NCBI RefSeq assembly: GCF_032444005.1 | Contig: NC_091288.1 | Coordinates: 201,748,001-201,812,000 of the forward strand | Length of the DNA: 64,000 bases | Direction: 5' to 3' | From: Ranitomeya imitator | Taxonomy: Eukaryota | Part shown: piece by piece, positions 39,369 through 51,970 of the stretch | Layout: the number at the start of each line of letters is the position of its first letter | Numbering within the stretch: the first letter of the stretch is position 1 | Program-made: the position numbers and the translations under genes | Notes under the pieces: model-generated | Seen by the model: the letters and a program-made list of their open reading frames with translations, nothing else | What the model was told of the DNA's origin: nothing | The model's database searches: none

Positions 39369-41507
39369 GATGTACTAGATTTTCTCGGCACCACCATCCG
39401 CATGTGGGGTGCTGCTGTAATCCCGTTCATTATCCTCATTTTTCCTCTGCACATTCCCACATCCAGCCAAGTGATCGCGGGGTCCAGTATACTCATCAGC
39501 ATTGCCAATACTTCGATATGTAGCAAAGAAGGAGTGGTGTAAAAATTTGGGGGGCATTTTGAGGGCAACCCAAACGTTGTGCCCCACCAAAAAATGCCCC
39601 GGTTGACCCAAAACATTCTGAAAAAAATTACCACACACTCTTATAGTGTTCCTCTACACACCCTGAGAATTTGTGGTCGACAGACCCAAACCGGGCTTAG
39701 CAGTGACCTTGCGCACCACAGACTTCAATGGGCAGGGTCACTTTGGGGAGTCTCTGCTCAGCCCAGTTTGTGGCTATCATCAACCCCAAATGTTCAGGGT
39801 GTGTAGCTCTAGTGGACCAGTGCTGTAAAAATTTAGGGGGCATTTTGAGATGACCCAAAACATATGCCCCTCCCCACCCCCAAACTTCTGAACAAATTAC
39901 CCGACACTCTTGAATTGTTCCTCTACACACCCTGAACATTTGGGGTCGATGGGCACAAACTAGGCTGAGCAGTGACCCTGCGCGCGATAGGCTTCCATGG
40001 GCAGGGCAGCTTTGGGGGGTAACTGCTCAGCACAGATTGGGGCTATCGACTTCAAATTTTCATAGTGTGTAGAGGAATAATTCATGAGTGTGGGCTATTT
40101 TTTTCTGAATACCTTGCTCTATATACTGTACACACTGCTCTAGATATTGTACACTGCTCTATATACTGTACACACTGCTCTATATATTGTATACTGCTCT
40201 ATATACTGTACACTGATTTACATACTGTACCCTCTCCTGTATATACTGTACACACTGCTACTGTACACTCTGGTCTATATACTGTGTACTCTGCTGTATA
40301 TACTGTACACACTGCTCTATATACTGTACGCTCTGGTCTATAATACTGTACACTGCTGTATATACTGTTCACACTGCTCTATATACTGTACACTGCTCTA
40401 AATACTGTACACACTGCTCTATATACTGTATATACTGTATATATTGCTGTATATATACTGTATATACTGTATATATACTGTATATATTGCTGTATATACT
40501 GTACAATCTGTTGCACAGTCTGTATACACTGCTGTATATACTGTATACTCTGCTCTATATACTGTACACACGGCACTATGCTATACACTGCTCTATATAC
40601 TGTACACTCTGGTCTATAAACTGGACACTGCTGTATATACTGTACTCTGCTTTATATACTGTACACACTGTTGTATATACTGTAGACTCTCCTCTATTAT
40701 CTGTGACACTTATTACACTGCTGATCTGGGCTGTGCAGATGTGATGTTGTGCACTATATATACTATATACAGCTGTGTTCTCTGTGTAGACGCTGGATTT
40801 TGTGTCTCCGCTTTTCTCCCAATATTCCCCTTTTGCACAACAGTGGGGGTCACATACATGCATGAATATTTCAGTTTTCTCCCGAGATGTTCATGTGTTT
40901 GGTTGGGGAGTCGCGCTGTGCAGCTGTCGCCTCATCATCAGAGCTCTTCCCTCCATTACAGGCCGCAGCGGTCACAGCTTCACACTGGGTAAGACACGAT
41001 ATCAGGCAGGTGATTGCAATCAGCCCCCGATATGGATCATCTACTGATGTGGAACACGTGTCCCCCCAATACTCTGCACATACGGGGTAGAGTGATATCA
41101 CAGGTCAGGGAGGTGGCAGTCAGCGGAGGCCGTCGCCTGTGTTACCCTTCTGGGTTCTCAGCAGCTCCAGCTGGTCCCCACATCGTACAATCAGCTTCCT
41201 GTGCGATAGACACTGGAGTAAAGATCCCTGTGATGGTGACAAGAGCCGGGAATAGGAGGAACGAGCTCCCGCAGCAGATTTATCTACCCGGACACACAGT
41301 GATGTGCAGATCGGGAGGACGGCGGCGATGATCCCGGGATTTCCTCTCCGCAATTTCTAGGCGTTTCCACTAGTGACGGCTACAAACGGTCGGTGGAGAT
41401 GATGGAGAAGGAGAAGCGACGGAGGAATCGCGCTCTGCTGTCCGGTGTTAGCCGGTAAAGGGTTTTTATCCCGGGCAGGGAAGCACAAGGGGAGAGCGGA
41501 GCTTCAC
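39369..41507 (+). repeat. Inverted, more diverged copy of the H1 upstream spacer (50513-53107)
   Basis: Colinear reverse-complement match up to GCTTCAC, just before the H1 core promoter. Confidence 0.9.
40100..40700. repeat. AT-rich satellite (TATATACTGTACAC)n variants
   Basis: Low-complexity tandem array; inverted copies at 51290-51970 and 63730-64000. Confidence 0.9.
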
Positions 41508-41559
41508 TACCTGCCAGCCCTTATGCCGAAGTGATCAGATTCTATTCTGTGTAATCCGC

Positions 41560-41620
41560 TCATGTAACCAATATTGGCGGAGGCTGCGGGGAGTTATAGA
41601 TTTCATGTCTTATAAAAGCA
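41560..41620 (+). promoter_or_regulatory. Histone-style promoter motifs without a downstream ORF
   Basis: CCAATATTGG 41568-41577, GGCGGG, TATAAAA 41611-41617. Confidence 0.45.
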
Positions 41621-41877
41621 GCTCAGCGGGTTATCGATTGTGCAGAGGTGTCAGTATGTGCATGTATATATGTGTATGTACATACCCCATACACCCTTGT
41701 ATCATTTACCAAATAGTACCGTAACAATGAACAGCATCAGCGGTTCCAGCTCCATAATGCAAACAGGGGGCAGCACAATAAGATGGGGGCAAACACCAGT
41801 ATATGTCAGGACTCGGGAGACTTAATGTTAGTCAGATAGGAGCTCTGCACTTCCGCAGCCATTTAATCTCATTCAAT

Positions 41878-42692
41878 GAGCCACCACCTCCTCCCCGCAG
41901 AGCTGTATGATCAGTGCCACCACCTTCTCCCAACAGAGCTGTATGATCAGTGCCACCACCTCCTCCTCGCAGAGCTGTATGATCAGTGCCACCACCTCCT
42001 CCCCGCAGAGCTGTATGATCAGAGCAACCACCTTCTCCCCACAGAGCTGTATGATCAGTGCCATCACCCACTCCCCGCAGAGCTGTATGATCAGTGCCAC
42101 CACCTCCTCGCAGAGCTGTATGATCAGTGCCACCACCTCCTCCCCACGGAACTGTATGATCAGTGCCACCGCCTCCTCCCCGCAGAGCTGTATGATCAGT
42201 GCCACCACCTCCTCCTCGCAGAGCTGTATGATCAGTGCCACCACCTCCTCCCCGCAGAGCTGTATGATCAGAGCAACCACCTTCTCCCCACAGAGCTGTA
42301 TGATCAGTGCCATCACCCACTCCCCGCAGAGCTGTATGATCAGTGCCACCACCTCCTCGCAGAGCTGTATGATCAGTGCCACCACCTCCTCCCCACGGAA
42401 CTGTATGATCAGTGCCACCGCCTCCTCCCCGCAGAGCTGTATGATCAGTGCCACCACCTCCTCCTCCCTGCAGAGCTGTATGATCAGTGCCACCACCTCC
42501 TCCTCCCTGCAGAGCTGTATGATCAGTGCCACCACCTCCTCCTCCCCGCAGAGCTGTATGATCAGTGCCACTACCTCCTCCCCGCAGAGCTGTATGATCA
42601 GAGCAACCACTTCCTCCCCAGCAGAGCTATATGATCAGTGCCACCACCTTCTCCCCACAGAGCTGTATGATCAGTGCCACCACCTTCTCCCC
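41878..42692 (+). repeat. 36-bp HDE-containing array, orphan inverted copy (~22 units)
   Basis: (GCCACCACCTCCTCCCCGCAGAGCTGTATGATCAGT)n; internal 249-bp duplication. Confidence 0.95.
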
Positions 42693-44992
42693 TTCATTGT
42701 CTGTTCTAGTTATATGGAGATAATGGTCCTTGTATGCAATGTCCAGTAATGATTCCCGAGAGCAGCAGACGCTCCCTGAGGACCCATCTATGCCCAGCAG
42801 AGGACACTCATAGCCAGAGACCGGTACCGGGAGTTCCCTCTCCTCACGCTGCAGAACAGCAGAGCGGGCTGGGGACTAGTGACCGGTGTCACCCGCACTC
42901 AGAGCAGCCTGCAGCTGAAGGAGGAATCCCCCCTAACAAGGAATGTGCCAGTGACACCCTGACAGCGGAGAAAGGACAGGCAGAACACGCAGCAGCCGGG
43001 ACTCTCCTCGCTGCGAGCTCCGGTACACAGAGGGGGGCAGGAAGTTCCGGGCTCAGGAGACGGGGACATCACCTGCCATGGGGTGTAAGGGGATGATCTG
43101 TAGCGCTGCATCTAATTATTGGGGGAAGCTCATTATCACTTACCAGACGCATTCAGGTGACATTAATGAGCCGCAGGCAGCGAGGCCGCCGAGTACTGTC
43201 CTCAATGGGGAGCAGCATTATAACAATGAGAATAACTTGCCCCCACTGTGATTTTCTTGTTATACGAATTGACGGTTTACTTTATTTTAATAACACTTGT
43301 ATTGCAAATGACAGAGATCATAAAACTTAGATATAACCTGTTTCTTCATATGAAGATTTACATTCACAGAACATTTATTATCTTCCCGTAGAAGATAATG
43401 ACAACAGCTTAGATGGATAAAACCATAAGCAATGGAGAAAGAACACAGAGAAAGAATTCCAAAACCTGTCATTCCTCAGTTGCTGGAGCTGTAGAATGAT
43501 GGGCTGCACAGATTTTAGAGGATCATCTCTTCATTGTAATAGCTGAATCATTGGAATAGTGATATCCAGCAGGAGACATATGTCAGGACTAATAGTAACA
43601 ATGCAACAATGAGGCAGACTGAGGTGTGCACTGACTTGCAGAGAAGCAGCAGTAGTCTGAAGAAGCTGACAATTAAGAACAGCTGTGTACAACCATCTCC
43701 TATCTGTAAGCCGCTAGGAAATTAATTGTTAAACACTTATCTGCTTTTGGAGGCAAAAAAAGACGCTAAATGCTCCTGAGTAACCTCATATCTTGTATTT
43801 TACTAACATGTTTTTCTTTTCCCTTATTTAGGCTATTCAATTTTAGTTACCATATTACATTTCTCCTGTAACTCTGACCTGCTTGGACTGTTGTCTTTTC
43901 CTACACTTTTATCATATTTGATCCTTTTTCTTACCCTATTAAAATTTATATTTACCGTCCCTCTTTTATTTATGTCTGATATAAAACTGTTTGTGTGTAT
44001 TGATTATACTTTAAAAAACAAAAAAAACTACAAATCGCTCTGAGTTCAGTGGCTTTTTATTCCAGCTCTTGCTCCATGGATCGTCCGATACTTTGTGGTC
44101 TCGTATTAATTGAAGTTTATGATTCTCACTTTGTTTCTCCAAAGAAAACATTTATTTATTAAATGACTCCACGGTGATTTGGAAGGTGATTACAGGAGAT
44201 TGCTGTTGGTGGACTTTATATCACATCACAAGAAGCTGCGGAAACTACAACAAGCGGGAAATTCAAAATTCCTACCCGCCCTGTGTGCAGCCAATCTGCA
44301 GAGGAAGGGGAGGGGCTAACGTTAACCGTTTAGGAACGTGGAGTTCCCGCTGAGTGGCTGATGAATTTTCCGTTTTTTGTCTTTCTGTAGTTTCAGGACG
44401 ATCAGATGTCCGAAAAGTGTTTGTGTGGAGCGATCAATGGTCACTTGTGTCCCATACAGGAGTTTATATATTTCCAGGATCAAGGGAGAAGTATCCGCTT
44501 TCTATAATAGAAGGTGCAGAACTTTGCGACTATAGTGACTCCATCAGACCAGCAATATTCAGTGCAGGGAATATACAGAAACGAGGTCATGCAGATTAGA
44601 AACAATCTTAAAATTGGGGTGGGGAGTCTAAAATGCTGATTAATGTTATCTAGGGAAACCTACTATAGAACTGTAAACTCCTGCAGTGAGAAGAATAACA
44701 GGAAATATCGCAGAGTAGATGGGCGCCCTGTATGGTCACATATGAGCATTCTTGCCGCATCCAGTCCCATCACACATCAATATCTTTGCGGATTATTCTA
44801 GTATTGGTCCTGATCAGGGCGCACAGGGAAGGGGGGATGAGATTATTACATTTCCGCATATATGTATTTACTCCCCCACACACTGCAGACTGAGCCGCGA
44901 GTGACCCAGAGACCAGATGTTACCGAGCACAAGTGATCCCTCCGGGCATAATTATATGTGAGGAATGAGCTCGTCTTGAGGGAGGATTTGGT

Positions 44993-45067
44993 GGCTCTGA
45001 AAAGAGCCTTTGTGTTGTGGTCGGTGCCGGGGCAGATCTAAGCTCTCTCCCCACGGATCCGGCGGGC
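44993..45067 (-). pseudogene. H3: H3 3' relic (ARRIRGERA stop + 3' UTR + intact stem-loop)
   Basis: Matches 46886-46960; stem-loop at 44993-45008. Confidence 0.9.
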
Positions 45068-45297
45068 TTGGGAAAACCAGGTTTGTCTTTCTAGGTCAAA
45101 ATATTGGAAAAGACTCTGGTCCCAGATCACACACTGCGGGCACATCCCAGAATCTGGATAATGCGGCTTCATTCCTTCGACCGGGAACCCACAGCATTAG
45201 TGGCTCAGTAAAGGTTCTAAACGATATATTAACTTTAAAACCACCAGGAACAAGAGCGCAGGAATAGGAAGGTGCAGCCTCTCACTGAGATGTGGGT

Positions 45298-45313
45298 GGC
45301 TCTGAAAAGAGCC
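45298..45313 (-). terminator. Histone 3' stem-loop (H4 copy 1)
   Basis: GGCTCTTTTCAGAGCC-ACCCA. Confidence 0.95.
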
Positions 45314-45343
45314 TTTGGGTTGTGAGGACAGAAGAGAACACAA

Positions 45344-45706
<363 letters not shown>

Positions 45707-46885
45707 TTATATAGAGAGTGAGCGGACCGGAGCGAGAACTGTACAGATGACGCGTTTCCGGGGCGAGATTTCTGGTACTGAATTTGCAGTTAGCCCCTCC
45801 CTTTAGTCTCTGATTGGTTGAGCACAGAACAGTTGCTAATTTTGAATTTCCCGCTTATTGTGCTCTTATTTCCCCGCTTCTCTATTCTTCTCATCTCGGC
45901 GCCGCTGCTAGATCTGTTGGTTATTTCGATTTTTTTTCATTGTTATTTATGTTGCTAGTTTCCAGCTTCTGCCAAATGTTAGCTAGTAGAATAAAAAATA
46001 TATTCTAGGGACAATAATCTACAGAAAACTCGTGATCCCCGGCAGTCACTCATCATTACACGTGGTGCCGGACTGGCGGCCATTACCGGTCCCTCAGAGC
46101 AGGGAGCTGCATGTAACCAGTCACCCTGCGGCTCCAGCCCTGGAGAAGATGGGAAAAGTCAAATATACGAGAATTGCTTAACGACCCACCCACCACAAAT
46201 GCGACCATCGCAGCACACGGGGGAGGGATCTGCTCAGACCAGTGTCAGGCAGAATAGATCACATAAAGGCGTCATCACCGATCTGAGGGACAAATGAGGT
46301 TATTAACAGAAACTAAGCGCAGAGATCTCCGATCCGAACAAAAGAGAACAACCTAAAGCCGCAAGACTGAGGAGGCGGCACTAGGACCCAGCGCGTGCGA
46401 CAGCAGATTGTGATCGGTTATGATCCTCAGGAGCGCGAGCAGCAAATGAGCGGGAATTTCAAATCCACCAGCGGATCGGTAAATGACCACAAAACATCAG
46501 CATAAAGAACCGTTCTCAGGAACCGACCAATCACCGATTACTTTTACTCCATTAACTCAATAGTGACCGCGTTCCTGCAGATCCACCCCATTTACGTCTG
46601 CACTGTATAGGAACCGCACATCCACCACCGCAAACCCGGTTGTGCACTGTACACACTTTACGCGGTCCTTATAACACGTCGGTTTTGTTATAGATGTCGG
46701 ACACTTTTGGACTGGGCGAGAATAGAGAATGTGCAGAGCGATAACCAATATCGCTGATCACCTGCAATATCGGAAGCAGCAGCCTCCGTCCATTAACTGA
46801 TCGACCGTGCCTGCGCTTCGTACACGGAGAATACGCGCAGAAAAGGGACTGCTCAGGAATCGGCTCATTTGGGAGAGACTTTGGT

Positions 46886-46901
46886 GGCTCTGAAAAGAGC
46901 C
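46886..46901 (-). terminator. Histone 3' stem-loop (H3 copy 1)
   Basis: GGCTCTTTTCAGAGCC-ACCA. Confidence 0.95.
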
Positions 46902-46930
46902 TTTGTGTTGTGGTCGCAGCCGGGGCAGAT

Positions 46931-47341
<411 letters not shown>

Positions 47342-47749
47342 GGCTCCGTATAGACGTGTCGGGCACAGATGTGATAAGAGGAGCGGCGGGAGCAGGGTAT
47401 TTATGCTCCGGGGCGCGTCCTCATTGGTCTCTGGGAAACACGCCCCCTGCGCTCCACTGGCTCTTTCATGAAATAAAGTGGCCAATAAGGGTTGATTTGT
47501 TTGACCAGTCATTGTTATTATTCCCGCCCACTAATCCCGCCCCTGAAGTCCCCGCCTCTTCCGTGATGCGTCTGTCCTCAGATCACTCATTTGCCGCTTG
47601 CTGGAGCAGCTGATGTATTTGCGTTCAAATGTCCCCGTGTATAGCGCTGTACAGTGCAGCTCCCGCAATATCGACAGATCACACAAACCCCCCATCCTGA
47701 GACTGCGCCCAGCATCAGTTATATTACAAACATTAGAAGTCCGAGAACT

Positions 47750-49647
47750 AATCATACAGCTCTGCGGGGAGGAGGCGGTGGCACTGATCATACAGCTCTG
47801 CGGGGAGGAGGTAGTGGCTCTGATCATACAGCTCTGCGGGGAGAATGTGATGGCTCTGATCATACAGCTCTGCTGGGGAGGAGGTGGTGGCTCTGATCAT
47901 ACAGCTCTGTGGGGAGAAGGTGGTTGCTCTGATCATACAGCTCTGCGGGGAGGAGGTAGTGGCACTGATAATACAGCTCTGCGGGGAGGAGGTAGTGGCA
48001 CTGATCATACAGCTCTGTGGGGAGAAGGTGGTTGCTCTGATCATACAGCTCTGCGAGGAGGAGGTGATGGCACTGATCATACAGCTCTGCGGGGAGGAGG
48101 TGGTGGCTCTGATCATACAGCTCTGCGGGGAGGAGGCGGTGGCACTGATCATACAGCTCTGTGGGGAGGAGGTGGTGGCTCTGATCATACAGCTCTGCGG
48201 GGAGGAGGTGGTGGCTCTGATCATACAGCTCTGTGGGGAGAAGGTGGTGGCACTGATCAAACAGCTCTGCTGGGGAGGAGGTGGCTCTGATCATACAGCT
48301 CTGTGGGGAGAGGTGGTGGCACTGATCATACAGCTCTGCTGGGGAGGAGGTGGTTGCTCTGATCATACAGCTCTGCGGGGAGGAGGTAGTGGCACTGATC
48401 ATACAGCTCTGCGGGGAGGAGGTAGTGGCTCTGATCATACAGCTCTGCGGGGAGAATGTGATGGCTCTGATCATACAGCTCTGCTGGGGAGGAGGTGGTG
48501 GCTCTGATCATACAGCTCTGTGGGGAGAAGGTGGTTGCTCTGATCATACAGCTCTGCGGGGAGGAGGTGGTGGCACTGATCATACAGCTCTGTGGGGAGA
48601 AGGTGGTTGCTCTGATCATACAGCTCTGCGGGGAGGAGGTGGTGGCACTGATCATACAGCTCTGCGGGGAGGAGGTGGTGGCACTGATCATACAGCTCTG
48701 CGAGGAGGAGGTAGTGGCACTGATCATACAGCTCTGCGGGGAGGAGGTGGTGGCACTGATCATACAGCTCTGCGAGGAGGAGGTGGTGGCACTGATCATA
48801 CAGCTCTGCGGGGAGTGGGTGATGGCACTGATCATACAGCTCTGCTGGGAGAAGGTGGTGGCACTGATCAAACAGCTCTGCTGGGGAGGAGGTGGCTCTG
48901 ATCATACAGCTCTGTGGGGAGAGGTGGTGGCACTGATCATACAGCTCTGCTGGGGAGGAGGTGGTTGCTCTGATCATACAGCTCTGCGGGGAGGAGGTAG
49001 TGGCACTGATCATACAGCTCTGCGGGGAGGAGGTAGTGGCTCTGATCATACAGCTCTGCGGGGAGAATGTGATGGCTCTGATCATACAGCTCTGCTGGGG
49101 AGGAGGTGGTGGCTCTGATCATACAGCTCTGTGGGGAGAAGGTGGTTGCTCTGATCATACAGCTCTGCGGGGAGGAGGTAGTGGCACTGATAATACAGCT
49201 CTGCGGGGAGGAGGTAGTGGCACTGATCATACAGCTCTGTGGGGAGAAGGTGGTTGCTCTGATCATACAGCTCTGCGAGGAGGAGGTGATGGCACTGATC
49301 ATACAGCTCTGCGGGGAGGAGGTGGTGGCACTGATCATACAGCTCTGTGGGGAGAAGGTGGTTGCTCTGATCATACAGCTCTGCGGGGAGGAGGTGGTGG
49401 CACTGATCATACAGCTCTGCGGGGAGGAGGTGGTGGCACTGATCATACAGCTCTGCGAGGAGGAGGTAGTGGCACTGATCATACAGCTCTGCGGGGAGGA
49501 GGTGGTGGCACTGATCATACAGCTCTGCGAGGAGGTGGTGGCACTGATCATACAGCTCTGCGGGGAGTGGGTGATGGCACTGATCATACAGCTCTGCTGG
49601 GAGGAGGTGTTGGCACTGATCATACAGCTCTGCGGGGAGGAGGTGGT
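47750..49647 (-). repeat. 36-bp HDE-containing array directly 3' of H1 copy 1 (~50 units)
   Basis: Begins at the stem-loop; 611-bp higher-order period (GAGAATG variant at 47841, 48452, 49063). Confidence 0.97.
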
Positions 49648-49663
49648 GGCTCTTATAAGAGCC
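49648..49663 (-). terminator. Histone 3' stem-loop (H1 copy 1)
   Basis: GGCTCTTATAAGAGCC-ACCA, then AGAGCTGTA 16 nt downstream. Confidence 0.93.
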
Positions 49664-49691
49664 TTTGTGGTATCAGAACAGGGGCTGCAGC

Positions 49692-50330
49692 TTATTTCTT
49701 AGCCGCGGGCTTCTTGGCTTTCGCAGCCTTCTTAGCCGGACTCTTGGCGGGTTTGGCCGCCTTCTTAGCCGGACTCTTCGTCACCTTCTTGGGCTTGGGA
49801 GCGGCTTTCGGCTTTTTGGGGCTCTTGGCCGCTTTCTTGGCAGCTGCGGGCTTCTTGGCCTTTTTCGGGCTCTTCTTGGCCGCGGTCGGAGCCTTCTTGG
49901 GCTTCTTCGGAGATTTGGCGGCTTTCTTGGCAGCAGCGGGTTTCTTAGGTTTGGCCGCAGCTGCTGGCTTCTTCTTGGCCACTTTGTCCTTCGTCTCCTG
50001 CTTCTTGTTCAGCTTGAAGGACCCGGAGGCGCCGCTGCCTTTCACCTGGAGGAGGGCGCCCTTGGTGACCAGAGACTTGACGGCCAGCTTCAGGCGGCTG
50101 TTGTTCTTCTCTACATCGTATCCTCCGGCAGACAGAGCCTTCTTCAGGGCGGCCAGAGACACCCCGCTGCGCTCCTTGGAGGCGGACACGGCTTTCACGA
50201 TCAGCTCGGAGACGCTGGGGCCGGAGGGTTTATTGCTCTTCTTGGCAGCAGATTTCTTCGGCTGCTTCTTGGATTTGGCGGCCGGTTCTGCGGGAGGGGG
50301 AGCGGCGGCTGGCGCGGTCTCTGCCATCAT
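49692..50330 (-). CDS. H1: Linker histone H1 (replication-dependent type), copy 1
   Basis: (M)[10 protein letters not shown]...[30 protein letters not shown]...[13 protein letters not shown]-rich tail; GC box and two CCAAT upstream. Confidence 0.97.
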   Translation of the reverse strand: MMAETAPAAAPPPAEPAAKSKKQPKKSAAKKSNKPSGPSVSELIVKAVSASKERSGVSLAALKKALSAGGYDVEKNNSRLKLAVKSLVTKGALLQVKGSGASGSFKLNKKQETKDKVAKKKPAAAAKPKKPAAAKKAAKSPKKPKKAPTAAKKSPKKAKKPAAAKKAAKSPKKPKAAPKPKKVTKSPAKKAAKPAKSPAKKAAKAKKPAAKK

Positions 50331-51289
50331 GTGCTGCGGAAAAACAAGATGAAAATATTTCCTGGTAGGAAGGAAAACACTGAGGCCGGAGCTGGAGGCG
50401 CCTGTTATATGTACAGGCTTACTGCGCACTGATTGGCTGCTGAGCTGCACCGTTCTGAGCTTCTATTGGCTGACACTGGACATAAACCCCGCCTCCTCCC
50501 AGCTGAGTCCGGGTGAAGCACCGCTCTCTCCTTGTGCTTCCCTGCCCGGGATAAAAGCCCTTTACCGGCTAACACCGGACAGCAGAGCGCGCTTCCTCCA
50601 TCGCCTCTCCTTCTCCAACATCTCCACCGGCCATTTGTAGCCGTCACTAGCAGAGATGCCGGGAAAGAGCGGAGAACAAATCCCGGGATTATCGCCGCCG
50701 TCCTCCCGATCTGCACCTCACTGTGTATCCGGGGAGATAAATCTGCTGCGGGAGCTCGTTCCTCCTATTCCCGGCTCTTGTCACCATCACAGGGATCTTT
50801 ACTCCAATGTCTATCGTACAGGGAGCTGATTGTACGATGTGGGGACGAGCTGGAGCTGCTGAGAACCCAGAAGGGTAACACAGGCGACGGCCTCCGCTGA
50901 CTGCCCCCTCCCTGACCTGTGATATCACTGTACCCCGTATGTGCAGAGGATTGGGGGGACACGTGTTCCACACCAGTAGATGATCCACATCGGTGGCTGA
51001 GTGCAATCACCTGCCTGATATCTTGTCTTAGTGGTGGGAAAGAGCTCTGATGAGGCGACAGCTGCACAGTGCGACTCCCCAACCAAACACATGAACATCT
51101 CAGGGGAGAAAACTGAAATATTAACGGATGTATATGACCCCCACTATTATGCAAAAGGGGAATATTGGGAGAAGAGCGGAGACACAAAATCCAGCGTCTA
51201 CACAGAGAACACAGCTGTATATAGTATATATAGTGCACAGCATCACATCTGCACAGCCCAGATCAGCAGTGTAATAAGTGCCACTGATA

Positions 51290-51970
51290 ATAGAGGAGAG
51301 GGTACAGTATATACAGCAGAGTGTACAGTATATAGAGCAGTGTATAGTATATACAGCAGTGTACAGTATATAGAGCAGTGTATAGTATAGTGCGGTGTGT
51401 ACAGTATATAGAGCGGTGTGTGCAGTATATACAGCAGAGTACACTGTATGTAGACCAGAGTGTACAGTATATACAGCAGAGTACACAGTATATAGACCAG
51501 AGTGTACAGTATACAGAGCAGTGTGTGCAGTATATGCAGCAGAGTACACAGTATATAGAGCAGTGTACAGTATATACAGCAGTGTACAGTATTTACAGCA
51601 ATGTACAGTAAATAGACCAGAGTGTACAGTATATAGAGCAGTGTACAGTAGTGCGGTGTGTGCAGTATATAGAGCAGAGTATACAGTATATACAGCAGAG
51701 TACAGTATATAGAGCAGAGTGCACAGTATAAAGAGCTGTGTGTACAGTATATACAGGAGAGGGTACAGTACATAGAGCAGTGTGTACAGTATATAGAGCA
51801 CTGTACACAGTATATACAGCAGTGTGTACAGTATGTAGAGGAGAGTGTAGAGTATGTACAGCAGTGTGTACAGTATATAGATCATTGTGTGCATTATATA
51901 GAGCAAAGCGTTCAGTATATAGAGCAGTGTGCAGTATAGTGCGGTGTATATAGAGCAGTGTATACAGTAT
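51290..51970. repeat. AT-rich satellite (GTGTACAGTATATA)n variants
   Basis: Low-complexity tandem array in the H1 upstream spacer. Confidence 0.9.

Noticed and set aside
47750-49647. CRISPR-like appearance (constant CTGATCATACAGCTCTG with variable intervening bases)
   Set aside because: Eukaryotic context, the variable parts are near-copies of each other rather than unique spacers, and there are no cas genes.
47598-49702. Long ORFs such as MVALIIQLCGEE..., MISATTSSPQSC..., GGGGTDHTALR... (also 41832-42749 and 60502-62142)
   Set aside because: They are readings of a 36-bp (12-codon) tandem repeat with stop-poor frames; there is no independent start context or homology.
48961-50432. Plus-strand 463-aa and 255-aa ORFs over H1; similar antisense ORFs over H3, H2A and CR1
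   Set aside because: Antisense shadows of biased codon usage.
50331-50450. N-terminal extensions of H1 (252 aa), H2A (138 aa) and H3 (193 aa) in the ORF track
   Set aside because: They use upstream or alternative starts in promoter/UTR DNA; the canonical starts follow the TATA boxes.
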